Below, in pieces: positions 1 to 7,277 of a stretch of DNA of 31,349 nucleotides (its first letter is position 1; every line of letters begins with the position of its first letter). The stretch spans positions 1 through 31,349 of IMG/VR virus record IMGVR_UViG_3300012667_000232; one strand, 5' to 3'. A program made the position numbers and the translations under genes. Under the pieces are notes generated by a model, which did not search any database, was not told where the DNA came from, and saw only the letters and a program-made list of their open reading frames with translations. Source of the stretch: a virus. Taxonomy: Duplodnaviria > Caudoviricetes.

Positions 1-23
1 TCGTAAATGTATGCTAAATAATT

Positions 24-1328
24 CTAACCCACAACATATTGTCCATAACTTGGATTCAACTCAAAGTACATTCGCATCATTATCGCGTCGGCAACGTCGG
101 GAGAAATTCCTTCGCGGTTCTTGATAACGTCCTTCGGTGTTACCTGCAACTTTCCGTCTACGTCCGCGCGGTGTCGTTTAATCATTTCTAATTCACGCAC
201 GATTTGTTCTTTGCGCGTACTGGATAAGATAGTGACTTTGTTTTCTTCGACGTATTGCGCAAGTTTATAATAACATTCGCTTTTCAAGTTTTGGTATTGT
301 GGGTGTTTGGGTTTAGATCCGTTGACGAACCCTCGACATTTAAGAAAATCAACCACTCCAGCGCCGATGCCATCCTCATCTGCGACGACATCCTGTAACA
401 AAATGTTATGTTCTTTTGTTACGAGGCGAATCTTGTTTACGACCTCATCTAACGACGCTCTATTCAATTCAATTATATCGATAATTGTTAGACCGTGCCA
501 AACGCAAATAATTGTTCTGTCCTTTCCAAATCGCGCAATGTCGGCTGTGATGTATTTCTTTCCTTCAATGAGTTCATTGCGGAACATACGCAACAGGTTG
601 TCCGTTGAGAACAATTTGTCGCTGTCGTCGTCGAACTCCCAGTTTCCTTCGAGCAGACGTTTGCGGTCGTACTCTGGAAGTTTCTGCAAGTTCTCCAAAT
701 ACGTTTGCGAGATATAAGGATTGTCCGTTGGAAGTGCTTGAACAAATGCGCGGTCGCTTCTTAAATTGCCTTTTTGGTGAGCAAAATAAAAGTCATTGTA
801 CAACCAACCTTTCGAAGGGTTACAAGTCATTAATCCCTTCGCTCTGTCGTTAATCAATTTGTAACGTACACGCGACTGCAATATATCGATACAACGCTTC
901 GAAACTTCGGCTACCTCATCTACGAAGTAGTCTGTGATTTCAATAGACCCAAATCTTTGAAAGTCGGGGTCTGAGGGCATATCTGCCAAGTCCATTAATA
1001 TCGTTTGGCTTCCGTTATACCACTTAATAACGTGGTCTTGTCCATTGTAGGTATAATGAACGTTCGGTTTCAATCCGTGTAAGGTGCAAAGTTCAAAGAA
1101 GGTTTGCATTGTGGACAAGCGCAACTTCTTTAATTCAGCACGACCGATTAATCCTTTTGTCCCTGGGTATTTTAGTCTTCGTTTTATTTGCCAATCGCAA
1201 CCTAAAAAAGACTTTCCACTAAACACACCTCCACCATACAAGACCTGCGCAATAGGACTTTCATAAGATAGAAGTTCTAAAGCGTGTTTCTGTTTGTCGT
1301 GGTAAATTATTTCGCGTGGTTCATTCAT
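24..1328 (-). CDS. terL: Terminase large subunit
   Basis: Walker A GGVFSGKS, Walker B YFVDE, coupling motif TCNP, and RNase H-like nuclease motifs TADIARFGKD, DEDGIG and PDVADA. Confidence 0.95.
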   Translation of the reverse strand: MNEPREIIYHDKQKHALELLSYESPIAQVLYGGGVFSGKSFLGCDWQIKRRLKYPGTKGLIGRAELKKLRLSTMQTFFELCTLHGLKPNVHYTYNGQDHVIKWYNGSQTILMDLADMPSDPDFQRFGSIEITDYFVDEVAEVSKRCIDILQSRVRYKLINDRAKGLMTCNPSKGWLYNDFYFAHQKGNLRSDRAFVQALPTDNPYISQTYLENLQKLPEYDRKRLLEGNWEFDDDSDKLFSTDNLLRMFRNELIEGKKYITADIARFGKDRTIICVWHGLTIIDIIELNRASLDEVVNKIRLVTKEHNILLQDVVADEDGIGAGVVDFLKCRGFVNGSKPKHPQYQNLKSECYYKLAQYVEENKVTILSSTRKEQIVRELEMIKRHRADVDGKLQVTPKDVIKNREGISPDVADAIMMRMYFELNPSYGQYVVG

Positions 1329-1491
1329 CTATTCTAATCATTGCGTAAGACTGCGGAATTTGTGCAATTATTTTATCTCCGATTAAGCACCACCAATACG
1401 ACTCATTAACCGAACCATATTCTTCTATTTTATCACAAATAACAATGTGAGCTTCGCCTGTTATTGGATGAATGAATTTATACTTTCTCAT
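1321..1491 (-). CDS. Small hypothetical protein (56 aa, MRKYKFIHPITGEAH...MIRIDE), absent from the ORF track
   Basis: Translated by hand. It has a TAATG overlap with the upstream ORF and overlaps the terL start, filling the gap exactly. Confidence 0.7.
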   Translation of the reverse strand: MRKYKFIHPITGEAHIVICDKIEEYGSVNESYWWCLIGDKIIAQIPQSYAMIRIDE

Positions 1492-1838
1492 TAAAATAGT
1501 GTTAGTTGATTTTCAACAACAGGACAAAGTTCGTCTTGCAGTATTTGAACAATGCGGTCGTATTTCTTCGCGTCGTTGTTTTGCTTTACTTGATGCAATA
1601 GCAATTCAAGACCAGCGTTGAACGCTTCGTCTTTCGTTTTATATACGCAGTATTCAGCGTGGTAAATCAAAGGCTGCGACCAACCTTGATCCTGTCCTTT
1701 GAAACTAATTGAATAACTCCAATTTCCGTTCTGAACAATGGCTACATTGACCTGCGCTTCATAACCCTTTATACATTTGTAGGTGTATAGAATCGGATTC
1801 TCGCAAACACCTTGTTCGTTGAATGTGAACTGACTCAT
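1491..1838 (-). CDS. Hypothetical protein
   Basis: Coupled to its neighbours (ATGA/TAATG overlaps) and ends in QLTLF, which resembles a beta-clamp-binding motif. Confidence 0.7.
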   Translation of the reverse strand: MSQFTFNEQGVCENPILYTYKCIKGYEAQVNVAIVQNGNWSYSISFKGQDQGWSQPLIYHAEYCVYKTKDEAFNAGLELLLHQVKQNNDAKKYDRIVQILQDELCPVVENQLTLF

Positions 1839-2590
1839 TGCTTACTCAAATAAAGTTTATACAACTCACGAAAGCCTTCAAACTGAATCGATTCTTTTAG
1901 CAGTTGACGTTTTCGGTCACTCATGCGTTCAACCATTCCTTTACTCAATTGCTGTTCGTTGAAGACTGTCTTTCGCGCCTTTGCTTTGCAAAGATTGTAT
2001 TCGTCGTCCGTGAATGTTTCAGCCGTTATACGCTTACTTTCTTCCAACCAACGCATCATTGACACACCGCGCAATTCTAACGTCGTAAATTTGCTTTGTT
2101 TGAAGCTCTCAACGTCCTCTGCTAACATCCTTCTCCAACTGTCATCGTTTACCGCCATTTCGTTTTCCTTTATTTGTTGTGATTTTTCTTCAATTGCTTC
2201 CGCGATTTCGCGTTGTATTTGCAGGTTCGCTTTGTCTCGGTGTGGTTTGTAAGCCGTCAACACGTCGCCTATAAACGAAACGCTCAAAGCTCCGAAGTGT
2301 TCGCATTTCTTTGATAGTTCGTTCGCAGCGTTCATTTCAAACGCAAGGTTGAAGTGTTCAAACGTAACCCATCGAAAGTGCTTAACGATGAACTCGTGCA
2401 ACATTTGCAATAGTTGCGCTTCTGGAAGTGCTATTCCGTACATAGCGCAAACCTTCGAACATAACTTAACAAACGTTGGAAGGTCGTAGTCTGCTACAAA
2501 CGCGCTTTCGCGTTCTGCACGATCAATCCTTTGTGTAGTTGTGAGCGTCTGCGTATATGCGTTGCGCAGCGTCTGAATCGAATTTTCCAT
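1835..2590 (-). CDS. Hypothetical replication-module protein, possibly helicase loader/inhibitor-like (likely start MENSIQ at 2590)
   Basis: A-rich leader before ATG 2590, located directly downstream of the initiator-like domain. The function is inferred from position only. Confidence 0.55.
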   Translation of the reverse strand: MENSIQTLRNAYTQTLTTTQRIDRAERESAFVADYDLPTFVKLCSKVCAMYGIALPEAQLLQMLHEFIVKHFRWVTFEHFNLAFEMNAANELSKKCEHFGALSVSFIGDVLTAYKPHRDKANLQIQREIAEAIEEKSQQIKENEMAVNDDSWRRMLAEDVESFKQSKFTTLELRGVSMMRWLEESKRITAETFTDDEYNLCKAKARKTVFNEQQLSKGMVERMSDRKRQLLKESIQFEGFRELYKLYLSKQ

Positions 2591-2954
2591 TTTTGATTTT
2601 AGTTTGAGTTTGGTTTGTTTGAGTTGTTGCAAATTTAGTTAAGTCCCACGTTCGCACCGCCGCCTTCCAGTCTTTCATTTGATTCCTTCCCACCTTCCAA
2701 CCGTTTGCCTCGTAGTGCGCGTGGAACTTTTCAGTAAAGGCGAGAGCGTCGTCCTTGCTTAACTTTTCACACGCGTAGTCGAATATCTCAACGACTGTTG
2801 GTTTCTTGAATAGCGACTTCTTTTCTTTCGCTATTAGCGTTGGTGTGTTTGTTGGAACGGACAAACGAATAAGTATGTCGTTTATCTTTTGTTCCTGTTC
2901 CTGCGCCTTCGCTTCGAGTATCTCGATTCGTCTTTTGAGTTGTAGTATTAGCAT
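2523..2954 (-). CDS. Stand-alone C-terminal domain of a phage replication initiator/replisome organizer, with an N-terminal coiled coil
   Basis: The motif FKKPTVVEIFDY...FHAHYEANGWKVGRNQMKDWKAAVRTW is typical of the C-terminus of phage replication initiators. Confidence 0.7.
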   Translation of the reverse strand: MLILQLKRRIEILEAKAQEQEQKINDILIRLSVPTNTPTLIAKEKKSLFKKPTVVEIFDYACEKLSKDDALAFTEKFHAHYEANGWKVGRNQMKDWKAAVRTWDLTKFATTQTNQTQTKIKNGKFDSDAAQRIYADAHNYTKD

Positions 2955-3148
2955 TATATTTTCTCCTCTCTTATTTCTATTTTAAAAAGTTCTTTTAATA
3001 TGTCAACTTCCGCGTCTTTGAAGTTCGTTGTGCCTTGTTCGCGCAAACAATAGTTGCTTTGTTCAATTCCTAACTTGTAGGCGAGGTACTCTTGCGAGTA
3101 ACCATAGAACAGGCGGTAACATTTGACGCTCTTGTGAAATGGTATCAT
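2954..3148 (-). CDS. XRE/Cro-like helix-turn-helix protein (start MIPFHK at 3148)
   Basis: SQEYLAYKLGIEQSNYCLREQG matches the HTH_XRE pattern, with a TGATG overlap with the upstream ORF. Confidence 0.8.
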   Translation of the reverse strand: MIPFHKSVKCYRLFYGYSQEYLAYKLGIEQSNYCLREQGTTNFKDAEVDILKELFKIEIREEKI

Positions 3149-3351
3149 CAGTCCCACCCCTCCCCTTTCGCGTCGTCGTCTGCGTAGTCCCACTCGTGGC
3201 AGTCGTCGCACAAAACTATTTCTCCTTCGTCGTCGATAAACTCATAAGCAGAGTCCCAGTCTTCGAATTGTTGATCCTGCAAGACAAAGTCTACGCGTTC
3301 GCCTAAAAGTTCTTTGTCGCAGTTGGGACAAAATGTTAAGTCGCTTTTCAT
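3148..3351 (-). CDS. Small acidic zinc-ribbon protein
   Basis: CPNC...CDDC pairs, very D/E-rich, with a strong A-rich leader. Confidence 0.7.
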   Translation of the reverse strand: MKSDLTFCPNCDKELLGERVDFVLQDQQFEDWDSAYEFIDDEGEIVLCDDCHEWDYADDDAKGEGWD

Positions 3352-3362
3352 AGTTGTTTGAT

Positions 3363-3896
3363 TTATTTGATTTTAGATTTCTTTTTAAGTGCTAATTCTT
3401 TCTTGTATTCGATATGTTCGACAAACTTACTAAAAAATATCATTGGTTTAGCATAACCTATCTCAGCAAGTAAAAAACAAATACGTTTTACATTGGCTCT
3501 GTATTGTCTATCCCACTCAACCTGTGCAGATGCTTGATTGATTCCGTGCAGAATGGTAGCGTGGTCTTTCTTGTAGCGGTCGCCTACGTTCTTGAGTGAA
3601 AGCAAGTAGCAAGGACGAACAAGAAAGAATATAATTTGTCGTGCGGTTACTATCTCGCGCTTTCTCGTTGGCGAATACAACGCTTGTGAAGGTACTCCAA
3701 GAACTGAACACGTTACGTCTTCCAAAGCACTCCAGAACATATCGCGTTCGTTCTCCATTTCTTGCTGTTGTTTAATTTGATCCGCAGTCAGTCTTTCGTA
3801 CTTTGGAATTATCATCGTCCACAATAGTTCGAATCTTTCCATATGTCTGAGAGGTATCATCTCCGCTACTTCCTGTCTGATTTGCTCGTTAGTCAT
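3363..3896 (-). CDS. Protein with a DnaA C-terminal (domain IV) DNA-binding HTH
   Basis: RKREIVTARQIIFFL...SLKNVGDRYKKDHATILHG matches the DnaA domain IV signature (R..ARQ...SL..IG..F..DH.TV.HA). There is no AAA+ domain. Confidence 0.85.
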   Translation of the reverse strand: MTNEQIRQEVAEMIPLRHMERFELLWTMIIPKYERLTADQIKQQQEMENERDMFWSALEDVTCSVLGVPSQALYSPTRKREIVTARQIIFFLVRPCYLLSLKNVGDRYKKDHATILHGINQASAQVEWDRQYRANVKRICFLLAEIGYAKPMIFFSKFVEHIEYKKELALKKKSKIK

Positions 3897-4128
3897 TTTC
3901 TTCGTTTATATGTTTTGTAGGTGTGAATGTTGAGAATACGTCCTCGCGTGAAAGTCCCGTGTGTAAGCAAATGTTGTTGAAGTCTTTAATTCTCATTCTT
4001 TCGGGGTGTGCAACGTAAAGACGTGCAGTCGGGTCGCTTATGCGTAACGCGGTCTTAAAGTTCGTTAACGTCTTAAAGTTAATCTTGACTAAGCGACCGA
4101 ATGGGGTTGAATACAATTGTTTGTTCAT
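3889..4128 (-). CDS. Hypothetical protein, possibly HTH-like
   Basis: Coupled ORF. LTNFKTALRISDPTARLYVAHPERM...ICLHTGLS resembles a degenerate XRE fold. Confidence 0.55.
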   Translation of the reverse strand: MNKQLYSTPFGRLVKINFKTLTNFKTALRISDPTARLYVAHPERMRIKDFNNICLHTGLSREDVFSTFTPTKHINEEND

Positions 4129-4574
4129 AATTTGAAAAGTGATTTTACCACGCGTTGAATGAAGTTGAGTTGTTTTTTCTTTGCCTTCATTGTTGGCGCA
4201 GGTGCTGGTGATAATGTCATTGTTTGACCTGTAAACATAATGTTTTTACTACTTGATATTTTGCCTGTCTTTGGCTTTGGTTGGTTGAAAAGAGTTGCTT
4301 GTCTTGTCTTTTCCATTTGACGATTGAAGTTTATATTATTAAACTTCTTTCTTTCTGATGAAAATAATTCGTAACGTTCGGTGTAGACACGCTCAACCGC
4401 TTTGTATGTTCCATCTTTTTCAGTCCAAAAGAAACCCGCTCTTCTTAGTGGTGTTCCATAGGCACGGGAAGCCTTCATATTTGTCAAAGCTTCGGTAGGT
4501 GTTTCTCCGTTATTAATTCTTTTACAAAATTCTTTTACTCTTTCGATGTTAAACGCTTGTTGTTTTGCTCTCAT
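4125..4574 (-). CDS. Basic hypothetical protein
   Basis: 149 aa ORF with an A-rich leader and an ATGA overlap downstream. Confidence 0.65.
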   Translation of the reverse strand: MRAKQQAFNIERVKEFCKRINNGETPTEALTNMKASRAYGTPLRRAGFFWTEKDGTYKAVERVYTERYELFSSERKKFNNINFNRQMEKTRQATLFNQPKPKTGKISSSKNIMFTGQTMTLSPAPAPTMKAKKKQLNFIQRVVKSLFKL

Positions 4575-4617
4575 TTTGATTTTAATTGTATGGTTTATTA
4601 TTCATTAAGTGCCATAT

Positions 4618-4650
4618 AAGGCGATTATGTATGATATAACCGCCTTTTTA
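4618..4650. terminator. Intergenic hairpin, possible intrinsic terminator or processing site
   Basis: AAGGCG-aTTATgt atg atATAAc-CGCCTT, with a T-run on the + side. It lies between the SSB-like gene and the 4125-4574 gene. Confidence 0.45.
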
Positions 4651-4661
4651 TGACAAGTTAT

Positions 4662-5459
4662 TTAGAACGGCATATCGTCTTCGCTTTCCGTTGATTGAAC
4701 CAAACCGCTTTTCTCCAGCATCTGCTTTGCCTTGTTCATTTGATCCGCAGCCTTATCTAATCGGTCGCTAAATTCTTTCGACGAACTTACTTTGTTTTGC
4801 AACCACTCTGGAAGCATCTTGAAACGCAAGTCGAAATCTTCGCTGTCGTAGTCTAAAAGGAAAGCAGAGTTCACCAATGGTGGGCAAGTCATTCCTTTAA
4901 CAAGTGGACTTGCTCCTTTGATGTCCGCGTAGGTGCGTCCCGTGTTCGCGGTGCGATGCATAACGTTAAGCATTCCTTCGCGACCTAAAAGCGTTGCGAT
5001 GTCAAATTTCGACGCTTCGCCGTCCGACATAGACTTACCTAACCAACCTTGAACGAAGGCGCGTAAGCCGCTCTTTTCGTGCATTGAAAGTGTGAAGTCG
5101 CGACCGATTGAAAACGGTTGTTCACCTTTACCGAAGTCGGCTGTTTCGAGAGGTAGTTCGAATACTAAACGAACTTTGTTCACTAACTTTTCCTCGCCCT
5201 GGTAAGTGTCCAAGATTGTCCCGATATGAATGATTTGGTAGCAACGTGCGACGTGCGTACCTGCAGGAACTGTTTGTCCACCGCCGTTGTTGTTTGTTGG
5301 TTGTGCAATAATGCTCATTGTGTTGTTGTTTATTTTGTTGTTATTAAATGAATTTAGATATTGTTCGAACTTAATTGCCAGTTCTTCGTCGCTTTGGATA
5401 TGTCGCTGTTGGCTTTCGTGAATGTTCGATTGTTCGTTGATTCTTTTGAAGTAACCCAT
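4662..5459 (-). CDS. Phage single-stranded DNA-binding protein-like (alternative start at 5318, MSIIAQ)
   Basis: OB-fold-type family pattern (PAGTHVARCYQIIHIGT...LSMHEKSGLR...LLGREGMLNV) and an acidic SSB-type tail ESEDDMPF. Confidence 0.7.
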   Translation of the reverse strand: MGYFKRINEQSNIHESQQRHIQSDEELAIKFEQYLNSFNNNKINNNTMSIIAQPTNNNGGGQTVPAGTHVARCYQIIHIGTILDTYQGEEKLVNKVRLVFELPLETADFGKGEQPFSIGRDFTLSMHEKSGLRAFVQGWLGKSMSDGEASKFDIATLLGREGMLNVMHRTANTGRTYADIKGASPLVKGMTCPPLVNSAFLLDYDSEDFDLRFKMLPEWLQNKVSSSKEFSDRLDKAADQMNKAKQMLEKSGLVQSTESEDDMPF

Positions 5460-5460
5460 T

Positions 5461-5751
5461 TTAGATGCTGTCTTCGAAGATGTTAACATCGAAACTAAAA
5501 ACGATTCCGTCTTTGGTTAGTTCAACAACTTCGAGTTCAAACTCAGGATCTAACTTTCTCCAGAAGCGACCGAGCAAATGGATTTTAAACACGTTGTCGT
5601 TGTCGTCAATGAAGACAAGTTGTTGATGTTCTCCAACGTCGAACCACCCTGTTTCGTAGTCGTGGTAAGCTAAGGCTATTGCTTTGATTCTTTCGTTCAA
5701 CGTGCGTATGTCGTCAGAGCTGAAACAGTAATTGATTTTAGGACAGTACAT
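5461..5751 (-). CDS. Hypothetical protein (start MYCPK at 5751)
   Basis: A-rich leader CTAAAATCAAATCAAACT before the ATG. Confidence 0.65.
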   Translation of the reverse strand: MYCPKINYCFSSDDIRTLNERIKAIALAYHDYETGWFDVGEHQQLVFIDDNDNVFKIHLLGRFWRKLDPEFELEVVELTKDGIVFSFDVNIFEDSI

Positions 5752-5901
5752 AGTTTGATTTGATTTTAGTTGTTGCAAATGTATTCAATTAAATGGTCGT
5801 TCCAACGCGCTTCCGAAAGTTTTTGACATTTTTCAATGTTGGCGCTTATCTCGTTGTGCGTTAGGTTGTACGCATTAGCGCAAGACGAAACGCAAACAAA
5901 G

Positions 5902-6129
5902 TTACTTTTCTGTTGGCTCTGGTAGTTCCTTCCAATGCGACGTATTAAGTTTGAGGAATACTCGTTCAAGTTCTTCAATTCGGGCGTTGCAAAACGTATC
6001 CCTGCTACTTGTGCCGTCTTTCTGATTACCGTAGTAATTTTGTGCGGTAATGATTCCGTTAACAAGAATTTGTACTTCGTCTTCAAAGAGAAAAAGTGAT
6101 TTGTAAAAATTGGCTCTTTCATTGTTCAT
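5902..6129 (-). CDS. Hypothetical protein (start MNNERAN at 6129)
   Basis: A-rich leader and helical composition. It overlaps the alternative ORF 5766-6122. Confidence 0.55.
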   Translation of the reverse strand: MNNERANFYKSLFLFEDEVQILVNGIITAQNYYGNQKDGTSSRDTFCNARIEELERVFLKLNTSHWKELPEPTEK

Positions 6130-6142
6130 TTTGTTTTTAGTT

Positions 6143-6427
6143 TTAGATTTCTTTTGATTCAATTATTTCTTCGCGTGGTGTTGCTGACTTGATGCGGTCG
6201 TATGCGTTCTTTGCATCTTCCAAGATGTTGTACGACATATGAAACTCTCCGTTGACTTTGATGACATAGTACATATCGGTCAATGTCGTTTTTTGAATTA
6301 ATTCTACTTTCATTTTTGGTTCTTGTTTTGTGTTTAAAAAGTTATCGTTAATGTTGTCAAGGTCGTTAAAAAATTCTTGAACTTTAAAACTTCCAGACCT
6401 TGTAAAAAAAACAGGGGTGTCTTTCAT
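6143..6427 (-). CDS. Hypothetical protein (second in-frame start MKVELIQ at 6313)
   Basis: ATGA-coupled at 6427, with an internal A-rich leader before 6313. Confidence 0.6.
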   Translation of the reverse strand: MKDTPVFFTRSGSFKVQEFFNDLDNINDNFLNTKQEPKMKVELIQKTTLTDMYYVIKVNGEFHMSYNILEDAKNAYDRIKSATPREEIIESKEI

Positions 6428-6537
6428 TTTGTTGTGTGATTTGGTTGTTGTTCTAATTGTCTTGTTGATTCGTCAATCGTTCCTGCGATTAACATTCCTG
6501 CGAAAAGCATCGCGATAAAGAGTAGTGTTTTTTTCAT
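6424..6537 (-). CDS. Small membrane/signal-peptide protein (37 aa, MKKTLLFIAMLFAGMLIAGTIDESTRQLEQQPNHTTK), absent from the ORF track
   Basis: Translated by hand. It has a basic N-terminus, a hydrophobic helix and an ATGA overlap with the next gene. Confidence 0.65.
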   Translation of the reverse strand: MKKTLLFIAMLFAGMLIAGTIDESTRQLEQQPNHTTK

Positions 6538-6549
6538 TTGATTATTTGG

Positions 6550-6759
6550 TTATGAGTATTGAACGATTTCGATTTCTATCTCTGGCTTGATTCCGTCTGA
6601 AGATGCGTAGTAAAGGTCTTCGCGGATATTATCTAACGAGTTGTATGCAGCGTGTTCCATTAAGCAATTGATTGCTTTGTTCTCGTCGTTGAATTCATAA
6701 GACCAATCAATTCTTATTGCTTGTCCTGCGATGTGTGTGGTTTTTGTTACTTGGTACAT
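6550..6759 (-). CDS. Hypothetical protein, first gene of the leftward early operon
   Basis: Long AAAAC-rich leader immediately downstream of a consensus promoter. Confidence 0.65.
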   Translation of the reverse strand: MYQVTKTTHIAGQAIRIDWSYEFNDENKAINCLMEHAAYNSLDNIREDLYYASSDGIKPEIEIEIVQYS

Positions 6760-6776
6760 TTTGTTTTGTTTTTGTT

Positions 6777-6784
6777 TATCTTTG
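6777..6784 (+). promoter_or_regulatory. Possible rightward -7 element (TATCTTTG)
   Basis: Matches TAnnTTTG upstream of the rightward genes, but there is no correctly spaced -33 element, so it may be incidental. Confidence 0.35.
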
Positions 6785-6796
6785 TTTTGTTGAGTA

Positions 6797-6826
6797 CAAA
6801 TCTATGCTAACTTTTGTAATATCCAA
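6797..6826 (-). promoter_or_regulatory. Bacteroidota sigma-70-type promoter driving the leftward early operon
   Basis: The minus strand reads TTG (6826-6824), 19 nt, TAGATTTG (6804-6797), matching the TTG-N19-TAnnTTTG consensus. Confidence 0.8.
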
Positions 6827-6872
6827 CAAAAAAAATGAAAATAAATTGAAAATAATTTATAACTGATTGAAA

Positions 6873-7277
6873 ATGAACGTTAATACATATAAAAAAAGTT
6901 ACAAAAAAAGTAGTGCGAAGCGTAAAATTGCACCCGAAAGCGAAGCGAACCAACAAGAGATAGTCGTAAAATACCTTCGTTTAGCATATCCCGACGCGTT
7001 GTATTGCGCTTCTGCGGGTGGTATGCGAACAAGTTACTTGCAAGCGATCAAGATGAAGCGCACAGGTTATGTAAAAGGCTTTCCCGACCTGTTTATATAC
7101 GAACCACGCGGTGAGTTTCACGGTCTTGCTATTGAAATGAAGAAAGAGAAAGGTGGTACTGCATCGCCAGAGCAGAAGCGTTGGCAGGAGCAATTGAGAA
7201 ACAGGGGGTATTGTTCTTATATTTGTAAGGGTAATGAAGAGGCAATCAAAGTTATCGACGAATATTTTAATGGGTGA
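6873..7277 (+). CDS. VRR-NUC domain nuclease (PD-(D/E)xK, putative Holliday junction resolvase)
   Basis: SEANQQ...GFPDL...IEMK...SPEQKRWQEQL...GY is the VRR-NUC pattern. Confidence 0.88.
   Translation: MNVNTYKKSYKKSSAKRKIAPESEANQQEIVVKYLRLAYPDALYCASAGGMRTSYLQAIKMKRTGYVKGFPDLFIYEPRGEFHGLAIEMKKEKGGTASPEQKRWQEQLRNRGYCSYICKGNEEAIKVIDEYFNG

Larger units (their letters stand above)
1..1535. repeat. Direct terminal repeat, left copy (1535 bp)
   Basis: The start sequence tcgtaaatgtatgc recurs at 29815. The window end ...aagttcgtc matches 1527-1535. ORF translations are identical at an offset of 29814. Confidence 0.97.

Noticed and set aside
307-1266. ORFs overlapping terL (307-717, 488-745, 605-853, 1084-1266) and similar shadow ORFs across the structural genes
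   Set aside because: They are antisense or off-frame to well-supported genes, have no motifs and lack A-rich leaders.
2954-3148. Lysogeny module (CI repressor plus integrase)
   Set aside because: The HTH is a lone 64-aa domain within the early operon. No integrase, peptidase S24 domain, att site or partition genes were seen.
4355-4361. CTGATGA hammerhead core
   Set aside because: It is antisense within a coding gene, and I found no supporting stems.
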